A DNA stretch of 64,000 nt from an uncultured Pelagibacteraceae bacterium (lineage in GTDB: Bacteria; Pseudomonadota; Alphaproteobacteria; Pelagibacterales; AG-422-B15). Position 1 is the stretch's first letter, and every line of letters begins with the position of its first letter. The DNA is taken from contig CACLBX010000002.1 of assembly GCA_902605215.1 (NCBI GenBank), forward strand, positions 6,936 through 70,935, in the 5' to 3' direction. Below the pieces are notes generated by a model, which did not search any database, had not been told where the DNA came from, and saw only the letters and a program-made list of their open reading frames with translations. Shown here piece after piece: positions 33,075-43,567 of the stretch. The position numbers were made by a program, and so were the translations under genes.

Positions 33075-33083
33075 AAAAAAATA

Positions 33084-33665
33084 ATGAGTGATGATCCAGT
33101 AAACTTGAAGGGTATAGAAACAATCTATAGTTTCAGTAAATCAAATAAGAAATCTCTTCCTCCAATTGAAAAATGGAACCCTCCGTTTTGTGGAGATATT
33201 GATATGACAATTTCTAAATCTGGAAAATGGTATTACATGGGATCAGAAATTAAAAGACCTGCCATGGTCAAATTATTTTCAGGTATTCTTAGATTAGAGT
33301 CTGACAATTCATACTATTTGGTTACTCCAGTTGAAAAAGTAAGAATTCAAGTTGAAGACGCGCCTTTTGTAGCGGTAGCTATAACAAAAGAACAAAGTGA
33401 AGGAATGAATACAGTAACTTTTCGGACCAATCTTAATGATGAAATTGTTCTTTCAAAAGAGAATCCATTATCAATTGAAATAAAGAAAAATGATGAACCC
33501 TCTCCATACATAACAGTGCGTAATAATTTAAGAGCGCTTATTTCTCGATCAGTTTTTTATGAATTAGTAGACTTAGCTGAGACTATACCAATTGATGGCG
33601 TGCCGTACTTAGCGATAAAAAGCCAGGGGGAAATTTTTAAAATTCATAAAGTAGAAGATTTATGA
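33084..33665 (+). CDS. DUF1285-family protein
   Basis: The W(N)PPFCGDIDM.I...G.W.Y.GS.I.R..MVKLFS pattern is characteristic of DUF1285. It is followed by Nudix and cca genes, as in other alphaproteobacteria. Confidence 0.72.
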   Translation: MSDDPVNLKGIETIYSFSKSNKKSLPPIEKWNPPFCGDIDMTISKSGKWYYMGSEIKRPAMVKLFSGILRLESDNSYYLVTPVEKVRIQVEDAPFVAVAITKEQSEGMNTVTFRTNLNDEIVLSKENPLSIEIKKNDEPSPYITVRNNLRALISRSVFYELVDLAETIPIDGVPYLAIKSQGEIFKIHKVEDL

Positions 33666-34300
33666 TCGAAATTTCTCAATTGAGAAAGCTTTTTAAAGGG
33701 CCTGAAATAATATCACACAAATATTTTGACCAATTAACTGATGATTTGATTACAAGAGCGCATCATCCGTTGGCAAAACTTAACAAAGAAAGTTACAATT
33801 TGATACCGTCCGCAGTTTTAGTGCCAATTATTTATGAAGAAGACAATGTAAAGATATTGCTTACAAAAAGACCTACAAATCTTAAAGATCATGCAGGTCA
33901 AATAAGTTTTCCAGGAGGTAAAATTGAGACAGGCGATTTAACTCCTATAGAAACCTCTCTAAGGGAAGCATCAGAGGAAGTTGGGCTTTCCAGAGAACAA
34001 GTTGAAGTGTTGGGAAACCTTGATGTTTACGTAACAGGAACTGGCTTCAGAATATTACCAATTGTTTCTGTAATTAAAGATTATTCGTCACTAAAAATTA
34101 ACAAAAGTGAAGTAGATGAGGTCTTTTATCTACCTTTAGAATTTCTTATGAATAAAAATAACCATCAGGAGGAAAGTGCTACTTACAGTAATGGTAATGA
34201 AAAATATGATTATGTTTATAGTGTTTTACCTTACGAAAACTATAGAATTTGGGGGGCAACAGCAGGAATGTTAATAAATCTTTATCAAATTTTAAAATAA
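33662..34300 (+). CDS. Nudix hydrolase, CoA pyrophosphatase type
   Basis: Nudix box GGKIETGDLTPIETSLREASEEVGL, preceded by the LLTKR motif. Confidence 0.85.
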   Translation: MIEISQLRKLFKGPEIISHKYFDQLTDDLITRAHHPLAKLNKESYNLIPSAVLVPIIYEEDNVKILLTKRPTNLKDHAGQISFPGGKIETGDLTPIETSLREASEEVGLSREQVEVLGNLDVYVTGTGFRILPIVSVIKDYSSLKINKSEVDEVFYLPLEFLMNKNNHQEESATYSNGNEKYDYVYSVLPYENYRIWGATAGMLINLYQILK

Positions 34301-34318
34301 TATAAATATGCTCTTGCT

Positions 34319-35551
34319 ATGAGCAATTATTCTTCCCTAATCTCATCTGAAGAAGTTAGTCAAATATTCAGAATTTTCGAAACTTTTAAAAAGAACAGCA
34401 TTTTTCTTGTTGGTGGTTGTATCAGAGATGCAATTTTGCAAAAAGATGTTACTGACATTGATTTTGCAACATCGTTGACTCCCGATGAAACAACTAACCT
34501 GCTTGATCAAAATAATATTCAGTCTGTGGATGTAGGTAAGAAATATGGCACTGTTACTGCAATTATAAATCAGAAAAAATATGAGATCACATCTTTTAGA
34601 AAAGATATTTCAACTGATGGCAGACATGCAACGGTTACATTTACCAAGGATATGAAGGAAGATGCTCAAAGAAGAGATTTCACCTTTAATGCTCTATATG
34701 TCGACAGTAACGGAAAAATATTCGATTTCTATAATGGCCAAGAGGATTTGAAGAATGGCAATGTTATTTTTATTGGAGATCCAAATGAAAGAATTAAAGA
34801 AGATTACCTTAGGATTCTTCGATACTTTCGTTTCTTTGCACTTTTTGAAAATAGCGATATTGATCCTGATTTACAAAAAGTATTTACGGTCAATCATGCT
34901 CATTTATCAAATATCTCCAATGAACGGAAATGGCATGAATTTAAAGAAATTTTAAAATTAAAAACACCTCATAATTCACTTCATATGATGGAGAGTGTGG
35001 GAATATTAAAAACTCATTTCGAAGGAGCTTTACTGGATGAAAACTTTAAAAACTTAATTGAAATTGAATCAAGAATTGGCGCAGTACCCAATCCTATAAT
35101 TAGGCTAAGCACACTTATAGGAAGCTCACTTGAAAAAACAAACCATTTTATTAATAGCTTTCCATTATCCAAGACAGATTCAACAGAGTTACTGAAATTA
35201 TCAAGTCTCAATAAAAAAATTGTTTCATACCTTTCAATGAAAGAAGTTCGCTACTTATTGTATAAGCTTGGTAAAACTGAATTTCAAAATCAGATTATAA
35301 TAAATTGGTCTCGAGATACTCAAAATAAGAACGAAGTTAACTGGAGATCGTTGTATGAAGTTGCGGATAACTGGACCAAACCTGATTTTGGAATTTCACC
35401 CAAAGACATTATAAACATGGGGATAGAGCAGGGACCAATGGTTGGAAGGATAATGTCTGAAGTTGAAGATTGGTGGGCCGAAAATGACTTTATCGATGAT
35501 AAGTTTTCTCTTATAGAGCGCTTGAAAGCGATTGTTCAGGCTCAAAAGTAA
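34319..35551 (+). CDS. cca: tRNA nucleotidyltransferase (CCA-adding) / poly(A) polymerase family
   Basis: Motifs GGCIRD ... DIDFAT and RRDFTFNA. Length is 410 aa. Confidence 0.85.
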   Translation: MSNYSSLISSEEVSQIFRIFETFKKNSIFLVGGCIRDAILQKDVTDIDFATSLTPDETTNLLDQNNIQSVDVGKKYGTVTAIINQKKYEITSFRKDISTDGRHATVTFTKDMKEDAQRRDFTFNALYVDSNGKIFDFYNGQEDLKNGNVIFIGDPNERIKEDYLRILRYFRFFALFENSDIDPDLQKVFTVNHAHLSNISNERKWHEFKEILKLKTPHNSLHMMESVGILKTHFEGALLDENFKNLIEIESRIGAVPNPIIRLSTLIGSSLEKTNHFINSFPLSKTDSTELLKLSSLNKKIVSYLSMKEVRYLLYKLGKTEFQNQIIINWSRDTQNKNEVNWRSLYEVADNWTKPDFGISPKDIINMGIEQGPMVGRIMSEVEDWWAENDFIDDKFSLIERLKAIVQAQK

Positions 35552-35559
35552 AAATTCTT

Positions 35560-36039
35560 TTATTTAAATTCAATTTTTTTAATATCGTAATTCTTTTCAC
35601 CTTTTGGTGTTGTCACAGTAACAAAATCTCCTTTTTCTTTTCCAATAAGTGCTCTCGCAACAGGTGACTTATAGGACAATAAGCCTGATTCAATATCTGC
35701 TTCATCATCACCAACAATTTGAAATTTTGTTTTAGATTCATCATCTAAATCTGACAACTCAACAGTTGCTCCAAAAACAACTGTCTTCTGAGTTTTTGGA
35801 ATATTATCAAGATCTATTATTTCTGCATTAGAGAGCATAAGTTGAATTTCTTGAATACGTCCTTCAATGTGACCTTGCTCTTCTTTGGCGGCATGATATT
35901 CAGCGTTTTCTTTTAAGTCACCATGCTCCCTTGCTTCAGCTATGGCTTGTATTACCTTTTGACGCTTATTGTTAATAAGATCATTCAATTCGTCTTGAAG
36001 CTTTTTTGCTCCTGCTACTGTAATTGGCTCTGTATCCAT
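35560..36039 (-). CDS. greA: Transcription elongation factor GreA
   Basis: N-terminal coiled coil (REHGDLKENAEYHAAKEEQ) followed by a C-terminal FKBP-like domain. Length is 159 aa. Confidence 0.93.
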   Translation of the reverse strand: MDTEPITVAGAKKLQDELNDLINNKRQKVIQAIAEAREHGDLKENAEYHAAKEEQGHIEGRIQEIQLMLSNAEIIDLDNIPKTQKTVVFGATVELSDLDDESKTKFQIVGDDEADIESGLLSYKSPVARALIGKEKGDFVTVTTPKGEKNYDIKKIEFK

Positions 36040-36045
36040 TTTTAT

Positions 36046-36852
36046 TTACTTCCATTTTGCATTAGGCGGCATTGACATTAAAATCGCATCTATATTACCG
36101 CCACTATTTAGTCCAAATTTAGTTCCTCGGTCGTACAAAAGATTATATTCTACGTAACGGCCTCGTTTCAACAACTGAATTTCTTTCTGTTTTTTTGTGA
36201 ATTTTTCAAACATTTTTCTGCGAACAACATCTTTAATAATTTCTACAAAGGTTAATCCTACGTCTTTTACAAATTCAAAATCATTATCCCAATTATCCAT
36301 TTTGTAATCGAAGAAAATACCGCCGATGCCTCTTATTTCTTTTCTGTGCGGCAAATAAAAGTACTCATCGCACCATTTTTTATATTTAGGATAATAACTC
36401 TTGCTGTGCATATCACATGTATTTTTAAGTTTAGAGTGAAAGTTCTTTTTTAATATTTTATCTTCTAAGCATGGAGTAGCGTCAATTCCTCCTCCAAACC
36501 AACTTTTGCTAGTAATAATATGACGCGTATTAAAGTGCAGTGCTGGTACTTTAGGATTTGCTGGATGAAGCACCACTGAAACACCTGATGACCAGAAATT
36601 ATTATTTTTTTCAGTGCCAGGTATTTGCTTTGCAAAGTCTTTTGGAAATTTCCCAACAACGTTTGAAAATGCAACGCCACCTTTTTCAATTACATCACCT
36701 TCAATAATTCTATACTCTCCCTTTGACCATTTATTCTTCTTGAACTTAGCGGTTGATCCATATTCTTTTTCAAGCTCAAGAACTGCCTTACATATTAAAT
36801 TTTGAAGTTCTAGAAACCAGTCTTTACAAATCTTTTTATTATTATTTTTCAT
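36046..36852 (-). CDS. hemF: Oxygen-dependent coproporphyrinogen III oxidase
   Basis: HemF-type motifs: SGVSVVLHPANPKVPALHFNTRH, WFGGGIDATP and RGIGGIFFD. Confidence 0.9.
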   Translation of the reverse strand: MKNNNKKICKDWFLELQNLICKAVLELEKEYGSTAKFKKNKWSKGEYRIIEGDVIEKGGVAFSNVVGKFPKDFAKQIPGTEKNNNFWSSGVSVVLHPANPKVPALHFNTRHIITSKSWFGGGIDATPCLEDKILKKNFHSKLKNTCDMHSKSYYPKYKKWCDEYFYLPHRKEIRGIGGIFFDYKMDNWDNDFEFVKDVGLTFVEIIKDVVRRKMFEKFTKKQKEIQLLKRGRYVEYNLLYDRGTKFGLNSGGNIDAILMSMPPNAKWK

Positions 36853-36853
36853 A

Positions 36854-37297
36854 CTATATTAATTTTAACTGCCTTATGGCTTCCGAGATTACTATCGCAG
36901 ATGATGTGGCTACATTGAGTGATCTCGCTCCAGCTTTCATATTTATCTTAAGAACCTCATCTGAATCTTGATGAACGTATTCTGGCACACCCGCACTTTC
37001 TCTTCCTACGATTAGATTGTCTGATTGATTAAAGCTATAATCATAATGAGATTTACTTCCTCTCGTTGAAAGTAATATTTTTCTTCCATTTCTTTTTGTC
37101 ATGTAATCTTTCCAATCATCAAACTCGCTTATCTTCACATTTTTTATATAGTCCATTGCGACACGATTTAGTGATTTTTCAGATAAAACAAATGATGCAG
37201 GATGAATAATATCGATATCCACATCAAAACATGAGCAAATACGAATCATAGCACCAGTATTTTGAGGAATATCAGGTTCAAATATCGCTAAATTCAA
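36854..37297 (-). CDS. trmL: SpoU/TrmH-family tRNA 2'-O-methyltransferase (TrmL-like)
   Basis: 147-aa single-domain SPOUT protein with NTGAMIR, GRESAGVP and SLNVATS motifs. Confidence 0.85.
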   Translation of the reverse strand: MNLAIFEPDIPQNTGAMIRICSCFDVDIDIIHPASFVLSEKSLNRVAMDYIKNVKISEFDDWKDYMTKRNGRKILLSTRGSKSHYDYSFNQSDNLIVGRESAGVPEYVHQDSDEVLKINMKAGARSLNVATSSAIVISEAIRQLKLI

Positions 37298-37432
37298 TTT
37301 TAAATTTACCCTTCTAGATTTTTAGAGAAATATGCGTCATCTTGACCCAATTTATCCTTCAATTGCTTATTTTATTTCGCATAAAAATGCTTATTTTAGA
37401 GTATATTAGCAATTAAATATTGGGAAGAAGAT

Positions 37433-37942
37433 TTGTCAGACAAACCTGTTACAAGAAGAAATTTTTTGTACATCACAACCGGAACATTTACTGCCGCTGG
37501 AGCTGCTTCATTGGTATGGCCTTTTGTAGATCAAATGAATCCAGATGCATCAGTAAAAGCACTGGCTTCAACGGAAGTTGACTTAAGACCCATTGCTCCA
37601 GGCCAAAGCATTACAGTTTTGTGGAGAGGTAAGCCTGTTTTTATTAGAAGAAGGACAACTGAAGAGATTTCAGAAGCTAAAGCTGTATCTCTCGATGAAT
37701 TACCGGATCCTCAAGATGATGCCGCTAGAGCTAAAAATCCAGAGTGGTTGGTAATGGTAGGAATATGTACACACTTAGGTTGCATTCCACTTGGTCAAAA
37801 GGGCGAATATAATGGTTGGTTCTGCCCATGTCATGGCTCACACTATGACACATCAGGGAGAATAAGAAAGGGTCCAGCCCCTACCAATTTGGAAATTCCC
37901 GACTATGTATTTCTTAATGATAACACTATTAAAATTGGATAA
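37433..37942 (+). CDS. petA: Ubiquinol-cytochrome c reductase Rieske Fe-S subunit
   Basis: Tat motif TRRNFLY and Rieske boxes CTHLGC and CPCHGS. The start codon is TTG. Confidence 0.93.
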   Translation: MSDKPVTRRNFLYITTGTFTAAGAASLVWPFVDQMNPDASVKALASTEVDLRPIAPGQSITVLWRGKPVFIRRRTTEEISEAKAVSLDELPDPQDDAARAKNPEWLVMVGICTHLGCIPLGQKGEYNGWFCPCHGSHYDTSGRIRKGPAPTNLEIPDYVFLNDNTIKIG

Positions 37943-37947
37943 ATAAC

Positions 37948-39201
37948 ATGAGCGATAACTACGTACCAAAGTCAGCAGTTGGAAAATGGTTTAATGAAAG
38001 GCTGCCTTTACTTGACCTAATCTATGGACACTTAATGCCGTACCCAACTCCAAAAAATTTAAATTATTTCTGGACGTTCGGTGGAATATTAACGTTTTGC
38101 TTAGTTACGCAGATTATAACTGGGCTAGTGCTTGCTATGCATTATGTTGCAGATGCTGATTTAGCTTTTGCAAGTGTTGAGCACATAATGCGCGATGTAA
38201 ACTATGGTTGGTTGCTAAGATATATCCATGCAAATGGCGCATCTCTATTTTTCATGGCTGTCTATATCCACATGGCTAGATCTATGTTTTATGGGTCTTA
38301 TAAAGAGCCACGAGAACTTATTTGGATTATAGGTGTATTTATCTTCTTATTAATGATCGCTACTGCATTTATGGGATACGTTTTACCTTGGGGTCAAATG
38401 AGCTTTTGGGGAGCCACCGTGATAACTAATTTATTTAGTGCAATACCGATTGTTGGAGAGTCTGTGACTAACTGGTTATGGGGAGGCTATGCTGTAGGCA
38501 GTCCATTACTTACAAGGTTCTTTACATTACATTACTTAATGCCTTTTCTTATCTTTGCATTGGTAATTCTTCATGTTTGGGCTCTTCACGTACCTGGAAA
38601 CAATAACCCTGAGGGAATCGATGTTGTTAAAGGATCTCAGGATACAGTTCCATTTCATCCACACTACGTAGTAAAAGATTTATTTGCACTTGTTGTATTT
38701 TTAATCATTTTTGCAGGGTTCGTATTTTTCGTACCAAACCTTCTAGGACATACCGATAATTACATCCAAGCCAACCCACTTCAAACACCTGAACATATTG
38801 TTCCAGAGTGGTATTTTTTACCTTTCTATGCAATCCTAAGGGCTGTCCCAGACAAACTTGGTGGGGTAATTCTGATGGTTTCAGCGATAGCTATTCTTGC
38901 TTTCTTGCCATGGTTAGATACATCAAAAGTTAGATCAGCAAAATATAGACCTCTTTACAAACAATTTGTATGGCTCTTCTTTGCAAACACTATTTTTCTT
39001 GGTTACTTGGGAGCACAAGTAGCAGATGGCTTATTTTTAATTATGGGAAGAATTGCCACTGTATACTACTTTGCTCACTTTATAGTAATTTTGCCATTGC
39101 TGGGTTACATAGAGAAGACCAAACCGCTTCCAAAAAGCTTAAGTGAACCTGTCCTGACCAAAGAGGAAAAAGAAATGTTAGCCTCAGGAGCAACTACTTA
39201 A
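37948..39201 (+). CDS. petB: Cytochrome b
   Basis: 417-aa polytopic protein with RYIHANGAS and [13 protein letters not shown] motifs. Confidence 0.96.
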   Translation: MSDNYVPKSAVGKWFNERLPLLDLIYGHLMPYPTPKNLNYFWTFGGILTFCLVTQIITGLVLAMHYVADADLAFASVEHIMRDVNYGWLLRYIHANGASLFFMAVYIHMARSMFYGSYKEPRELIWIIGVFIFLLMIATAFMGYVLPWGQMSFWGATVITNLFSAIPIVGESVTNWLWGGYAVGSPLLTRFFTLHYLMPFLIFALVILHVWALHVPGNNNPEGIDVVKGSQDTVPFHPHYVVKDLFALVVFLIIFAGFVFFVPNLLGHTDNYIQANPLQTPEHIVPEWYFLPFYAILRAVPDKLGGVILMVSAIAILAFLPWLDTSKVRSAKYRPLYKQFVWLFFANTIFLGYLGAQVADGLFLIMGRIATVYYFAHFIVILPLLGYIEKTKPLPKSLSEPVLTKEEKEMLASGATT

Positions 39202-39206
39202 GTTAA

Positions 39207-39980
39207 ATGCAATATTTATCAAAAATATTAATTTTAACTCTCGTATATTTTGGACTCTCTCAAATAACTATACAGGCAGCAGAAATGAAAGAGCCGTTGC
39301 ATCCAGAATGGTCATTTCAAGGACCATTGGGTAAATTTGAGCGAGCATCATTACAAAGAGGTTACCAGGTTTATACTGAAGTATGTTCTGGTTGCCATTC
39401 AATGGAATTATTGAGTTATAGAAACTTAATGGAAGATGGTGGCCCTGAGTTCTCTGAAGCACAAGTGAAAGCTATGGCAGCTGCATTCGAGGTAAAAGGT
39501 GCTCCAGACGAGTATGGAGACGTAGTTATGCGACCAGCTATCTTGTCAGATAAATTTGTTAGCCCCTATGAAAATGAACAACAAGGAAGAGCGGCTAATG
39601 GTGGAGCATATCCTCCAGATCTATCTGTAATGGTTAAAGCAAGACATGGTGGAGCAGATTATGTTTATTCATTGCTGCTTGGATATGAAGATGCCCCTGA
39701 GGGCATGGTACTTGACGATGGTGTCTACTACAATATTTATGCAAAGGGTCAAAAGATTGCAATGCCGCAATTACTCTCAGCTGATGCTGTTGAGTATAGC
39801 GATGGCACGGAAGCAACGCCGGAGCAAATGGCTAGAGACGTTACTATGTTTTTGACATGGACAGCAGAACCCAAATTGGAGGCACGTAAGAGAATCGGTT
39901 TTAAAGTCATAACGTACTTATTAATACTTTCATTCTTGCTTTACTTTACTAATAAGCAAATTTGGAAAGAGTCACACTAG
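39207..39980 (+). CDS. petC: Cytochrome c1
   Basis: Signal peptide, heme-binding CSGCHS, a distal Met region (IAMPQ), and a C-terminal TM anchor. Confidence 0.92.
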   Translation: MQYLSKILILTLVYFGLSQITIQAAEMKEPLHPEWSFQGPLGKFERASLQRGYQVYTEVCSGCHSMELLSYRNLMEDGGPEFSEAQVKAMAAAFEVKGAPDEYGDVVMRPAILSDKFVSPYENEQQGRAANGGAYPPDLSVMVKARHGGADYVYSLLLGYEDAPEGMVLDDGVYYNIYAKGQKIAMPQLLSADAVEYSDGTEATPEQMARDVTMFLTWTAEPKLEARKRIGFKVITYLLILSFLLYFTNKQIWKESH

Positions 39981-40129
39981 TACAATTATAAATATACTCA
40001 TTATTTCAATAATTTAATTTTTTTCTTTACAGTAAATTATAAGCATCGTTATCCACAAGCAGATTAAATCTGTCTCGAAAACCATTTTTGATTAATATAA
40101 GATTTAAGTTAATTAGATGGAGGAACTAA

Positions 40130-41419
40130 ATGTTAGAAAATATTTTTAAATTGAATGAAAATGGCACGAGCGTAAGAACAGAAGTTCTTGCAGGGCTCGC
40201 TACATTTTTAACAATGGCTTACATCATTGTTGTTAATCCGGCAATTTTATCAACTGATGGTACAGGCATGGATTTTGGTGGTGTATTTGTTGCAACCATA
40301 ATTGCAGCAGTCGTTGGTTGTTTAGTTATGGGGTTATGGGCCAATTGGCCAATAGCGCTTGCGCCAGGAATGGGTCTGAATGCATTCTTTGCTTTTGGTG
40401 TTGTATTTGGAATGGGTTACACCTATCAGCAGGCACTTGCGGCAGTATTTATTGCGGGTATCGCATTCCTTATATTGTCTATAACACCCGCACGCCAGTG
40501 GATTATTAATAGTATTCCAAAAAGTATGAAATTTGGAGTAGGTGCTGGCATTGGTTTATTTTTAGCAATCATTGGCTTAAAAAATGCAGGGGTAGTTGTC
40601 GATAACCCGGCCACTTTAGTTGGCCTTGGAGACGTAAGCTCTATGCCTGTAATACTTGCTGCAGTTGGCTTTGCAATAATGGCAATTCTTGATAAGAGAG
40701 GTGTCCCGGGTTCAATTATTATTGGAATACTTGTGGTTAGTGTTGTTGCCTGGATGACAGGGGTTAGTGCGATTGATGGAGTAGTGGGATCTATACCTCC
40801 TGCAGTTCATGCATTTTCAATGGACTTTAGTCTCATCGCAACTGCTGGTTTTATTGGCGTAGCATTCGCTTTTCTTTTTGTAGATTTTTTTGATACCGCT
40901 GGAACACTTACTTCAGTTGCTAACCTGACAGGAAAAGTTGACCAAGATGGAAACGTCGAAGGCATTGGTAAAGCAGTATTAGCAGACTCTGCGGCAACGA
41001 CGGTTGGTGCTTTAGTGGGAACATCAAATACAACCTCTTACATTGAGTCAGGAGCTGGTATTAAAGAGGGTGGAAGAACAGGCCTTACAGCTGTAACTGT
41101 AGCAATACTTTTTGCTATATGTTTATTTCTTGCTCCATTAGCACAAAGTATACCAGCTTTTGCAACAGCGCCTGCGCTTGTTTTTGTTGCAACATTCTTC
41201 TTGAAGAATTTACGTGATATAGAATGGGATGATGTGAGTGAATATGCTCCTGCAGTTTTAGCAGCCGTTTTAATGCCTCTAACATTCAGTATTGCTCATG
41301 GTATAGCTCTAGGTTTCATTGCTTATGTAGTGATAAAAGCTTTGAGCGGTAGACACGAAGATCTGAATGCAGGATCTATTGTAATCGGAGCATTATCCGT
41401 ACTCTACTTTATCTTTTAA
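40130..41419 (+). CDS. NCS2/AzgA-family purine (adenine/guanine/hypoxanthine) permease
   Basis: The N-terminus (F.L.E.GTSVRTEVLAGLATFLTMAYIIVVNP) is typical of AzgA/PbuG-type permeases. Strong SD: GGAGG 6 nt upstream of the ATG. Confidence 0.9.
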   Translation: MLENIFKLNENGTSVRTEVLAGLATFLTMAYIIVVNPAILSTDGTGMDFGGVFVATIIAAVVGCLVMGLWANWPIALAPGMGLNAFFAFGVVFGMGYTYQQALAAVFIAGIAFLILSITPARQWIINSIPKSMKFGVGAGIGLFLAIIGLKNAGVVVDNPATLVGLGDVSSMPVILAAVGFAIMAILDKRGVPGSIIIGILVVSVVAWMTGVSAIDGVVGSIPPAVHAFSMDFSLIATAGFIGVAFAFLFVDFFDTAGTLTSVANLTGKVDQDGNVEGIGKAVLADSAATTVGALVGTSNTTSYIESGAGIKEGGRTGLTAVTVAILFAICLFLAPLAQSIPAFATAPALVFVATFFLKNLRDIEWDDVSEYAPAVLAAVLMPLTFSIAHGIALGFIAYVVIKALSGRHEDLNAGSIVIGALSVLYFIF

Positions 41420-41425
41420 AGTAGC

Positions 41426-41872
41426 TTAATGATTGGCTTTGTCTTCCTCGTCCCAGGGGAAGACAGGCCAAGTATCTTGAGTGATTTCTTCAACATACGT
41501 GCTAGCTAATGGCAACCCTCTTGGCTTAGCATAAATCACTGCTAAATGCATATTAGGCATATATTCTTTAAGAGCTTTTGCTGTTCCACCTTTATCTACA
41601 ATATCATCAATCACGAGCACTATTTCTTCGGTTTTTGGAGCGCGATGAACAATAGCCTTTCCAGCTTCCCGATGAATATAACTTTGTATAGATACGATAT
41701 CTACGTCTTGTATGCCCAGAGTGTAAGCAACAACAGCAGCAGGCACAAAACCTCCCCTTGAGACAACAACCATTTTATCGAAATTAATATTCTTACTTTT
41801 GATTAAGTGTCCAAGCTTTACAGCTTTCTCATGCATTTCCTCATAAGTCGGGAATACTAAATTATGTTCCAT
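41426..41872 (-). CDS. gpt: Xanthine-guanine phosphoribosyltransferase
   Basis: PRPP-binding motif VLVIDDIVDKGGTA. The 148-aa length is Gpt-like. Confidence 0.82.
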   Translation of the reverse strand: MEHNLVFPTYEEMHEKAVKLGHLIKSKNINFDKMVVVSRGGFVPAAVVAYTLGIQDVDIVSIQSYIHREAGKAIVHRAPKTEEIVLVIDDIVDKGGTAKALKEYMPNMHLAVIYAKPRGLPLASTYVEEITQDTWPVFPWDEEDKANH

Positions 41873-41874
41873 AT

Positions 41875-42963
41875 CTAATTATTAAATAAAAAATGCATTA
41901 CGTCACCATCTTGTACAGTATATTCTTTGCCTTCGCTACGCATCTTTCCTTGTTCCTTTGCTTTTATTTCACCCATACAGGCAATGTAATCATTATAAGC
42001 AATAGTTTCAGCTCGAATAAAGCCTTTTTCAAAATCAGTATGAATCTTTCCTGCAGCCTGAGGTGCTGTTGTCCCCAATTCTATGGTCCACGCTCTTGTT
42101 TCTTGCTCACCCGCTGTAAAATAGGTAATCAAGTTAAGTGTTTTGTAGCCACTGCGGATAATTTTATTCAAACCCGACTCTTCTAAACCTAAGCTCTGTA
42201 CATACTCTTTTTGATCCTCATCACTTAATGAAGAAATCTGGGACTCTATTTCTGCTGAGATAAGAATAATTTCATTGTTAAAACTATTTTTAATTTGTTC
42301 TGTGAATTTATTCCCACCTATAATTGAATCTTCATTGACATTACATACATAGATTGTTGGCTTAAACGTAATTAAATTAAATTCCGAAGAATTTGATTTT
42401 ATCTCAGATAAATTTTCAATTGTAATTGCCGGTTCGCCTTTTCCAAGATGGATTAGTAACTTTTCAGCTGCTGAGATTTTTATTTTTGCATCTTTATCAC
42501 CTTTTTTAGCTTGTTTTTCGAGACCAGATTTTAATTTTTCTAGTAGTTCAATATCAGATAAAACTAATTCAGTATTAATTGTCTCAATATCGTCCAAGGG
42601 ATCAATTTTATTGCTTACATGAGTTATATTGTCATCTTCAAAGCACCTAACCACGTGTATGATTGCATCGACCTCCCTTATATGTGATAAGAATTTATTC
42701 CCTAATCCTTCTCCCTTCGATGCACCTTTAACTAGTCCAGCTATATCAAAAAATGTCAGTGAGGTAGGTATAGTTTTTTTAGATTTTGTTATTTCTGTCA
42801 AAGTATTAACTCTCTCATCAGGAACGATTACGGTTCCTTCATTTGGTTCTATTGTACAAAAAGGATAGTTGGCGGCTTCAGCCGAAATTTTCTTGGTAAG
42901 AGCATTAAATAAAGTTGATTTTCCAACATTAGGTAGCCCAACAATTCCACATTTAAATCCCAT
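41875..42963 (-). CDS. ychF: Ribosome-binding ATPase YchF
   Basis: Motif GIVGLPNVGKSTLFNAL and a C-terminal TGS-like domain. Length is 362 aa. Confidence 0.95.
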   Translation of the reverse strand: MGFKCGIVGLPNVGKSTLFNALTKKISAEAANYPFCTIEPNEGTVIVPDERVNTLTEITKSKKTIPTSLTFFDIAGLVKGASKGEGLGNKFLSHIREVDAIIHVVRCFEDDNITHVSNKIDPLDDIETINTELVLSDIELLEKLKSGLEKQAKKGDKDAKIKISAAEKLLIHLGKGEPAITIENLSEIKSNSSEFNLITFKPTIYVCNVNEDSIIGGNKFTEQIKNSFNNEIILISAEIESQISSLSDEDQKEYVQSLGLEESGLNKIIRSGYKTLNLITYFTAGEQETRAWTIELGTTAPQAAGKIHTDFEKGFIRAETIAYNDYIACMGEIKAKEQGKMRSEGKEYTVQDGDVMHFLFNN

Positions 42964-42964
42964 A

Positions 42965-43522
42965 TTATAATTTAATGTTATTTAAGAATTGAGATTTATT
43001 CTCTGATATCAGTAATTTTAAGTGCGATGAAATACTGATCTTTAATTGGTCAACAATTTCCAACTCCTTTTTTTTAAAGTTACCTAGTACATGCCTGTTA
43101 ACCAATTCACGGCTCCCTGGGTGATCAATTCCAACCCTTACTCTGTTATAATTTTTGCCTATACATGAGTCTATTGATTTTAATCCATTATGACCAGCTG
43201 GTGAGCCACCATTTTTTATTTTTACTTTTCCAAGGGAAATATCAAGGTCATCATGAAAGACATAAACTGAGTCTAGACCAAGTTTGTAAAAATTAATGAG
43301 TTTTGCAATACTGCCACCACATTCATTCATGTAATCGCATGACTTAAACGTGACTATTTTTTTTCTTCCGATTGAAAAAGTTGTTAAATTACCGTTGAAT
43401 TTTTTTTCATTCTTAATAATTTCATTATTATCAATGAGTTCATCAACAATTATAAATCCTATATTATGTCTATTTAAGGAATGTTTTTCACCGGGGTTTC
43501 CTAAACCAATAAGAGCAATCAT
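42965..43522 (-). CDS. pth: Peptidyl-tRNA hydrolase
   Basis: Motifs GLGNPG..RHNIGF and GHNGLKS. Confidence 0.92.
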   Translation of the reverse strand: MIALIGLGNPGEKHSLNRHNIGFIIVDELIDNNEIIKNEKKFNGNLTTFSIGRKKIVTFKSCDYMNECGGSIAKLINFYKLGLDSVYVFHDDLDISLGKVKIKNGGSPAGHNGLKSIDSCIGKNYNRVRVGIDHPGSRELVNRHVLGNFKKKELEIVDQLKISISSHLKLLISENKSQFLNNIKL

Positions 43523-43567
43523 ACGTTTAAGAATATAGAAATTATGTATTAGTTGAAAGGTAAAGTA

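Noticed and set aside
39981-40129. A possible purine riboswitch or terminator in the 149-nt spacer upstream of the AzgA-type purine permease. The spacer contains a small hairpin, CAGAT-TAA-ATCTG.
   Set aside because: I could not find the conserved purine-riboswitch junction or loop sequences. The hairpin is only 5 bp with no U-tract. A covariance-model scan (RF00167) would be needed to be sure.
37433-41419. Visibly higher GC in petABC and the AzgA permease, and also in coxA, as a possible sign of horizontal transfer.
   Set aside because: The enrichment tracks Gly/Ala/Val/Pro-rich, highly conserved membrane and redox proteins. The flanks show no mobility genes, and the synteny is native.
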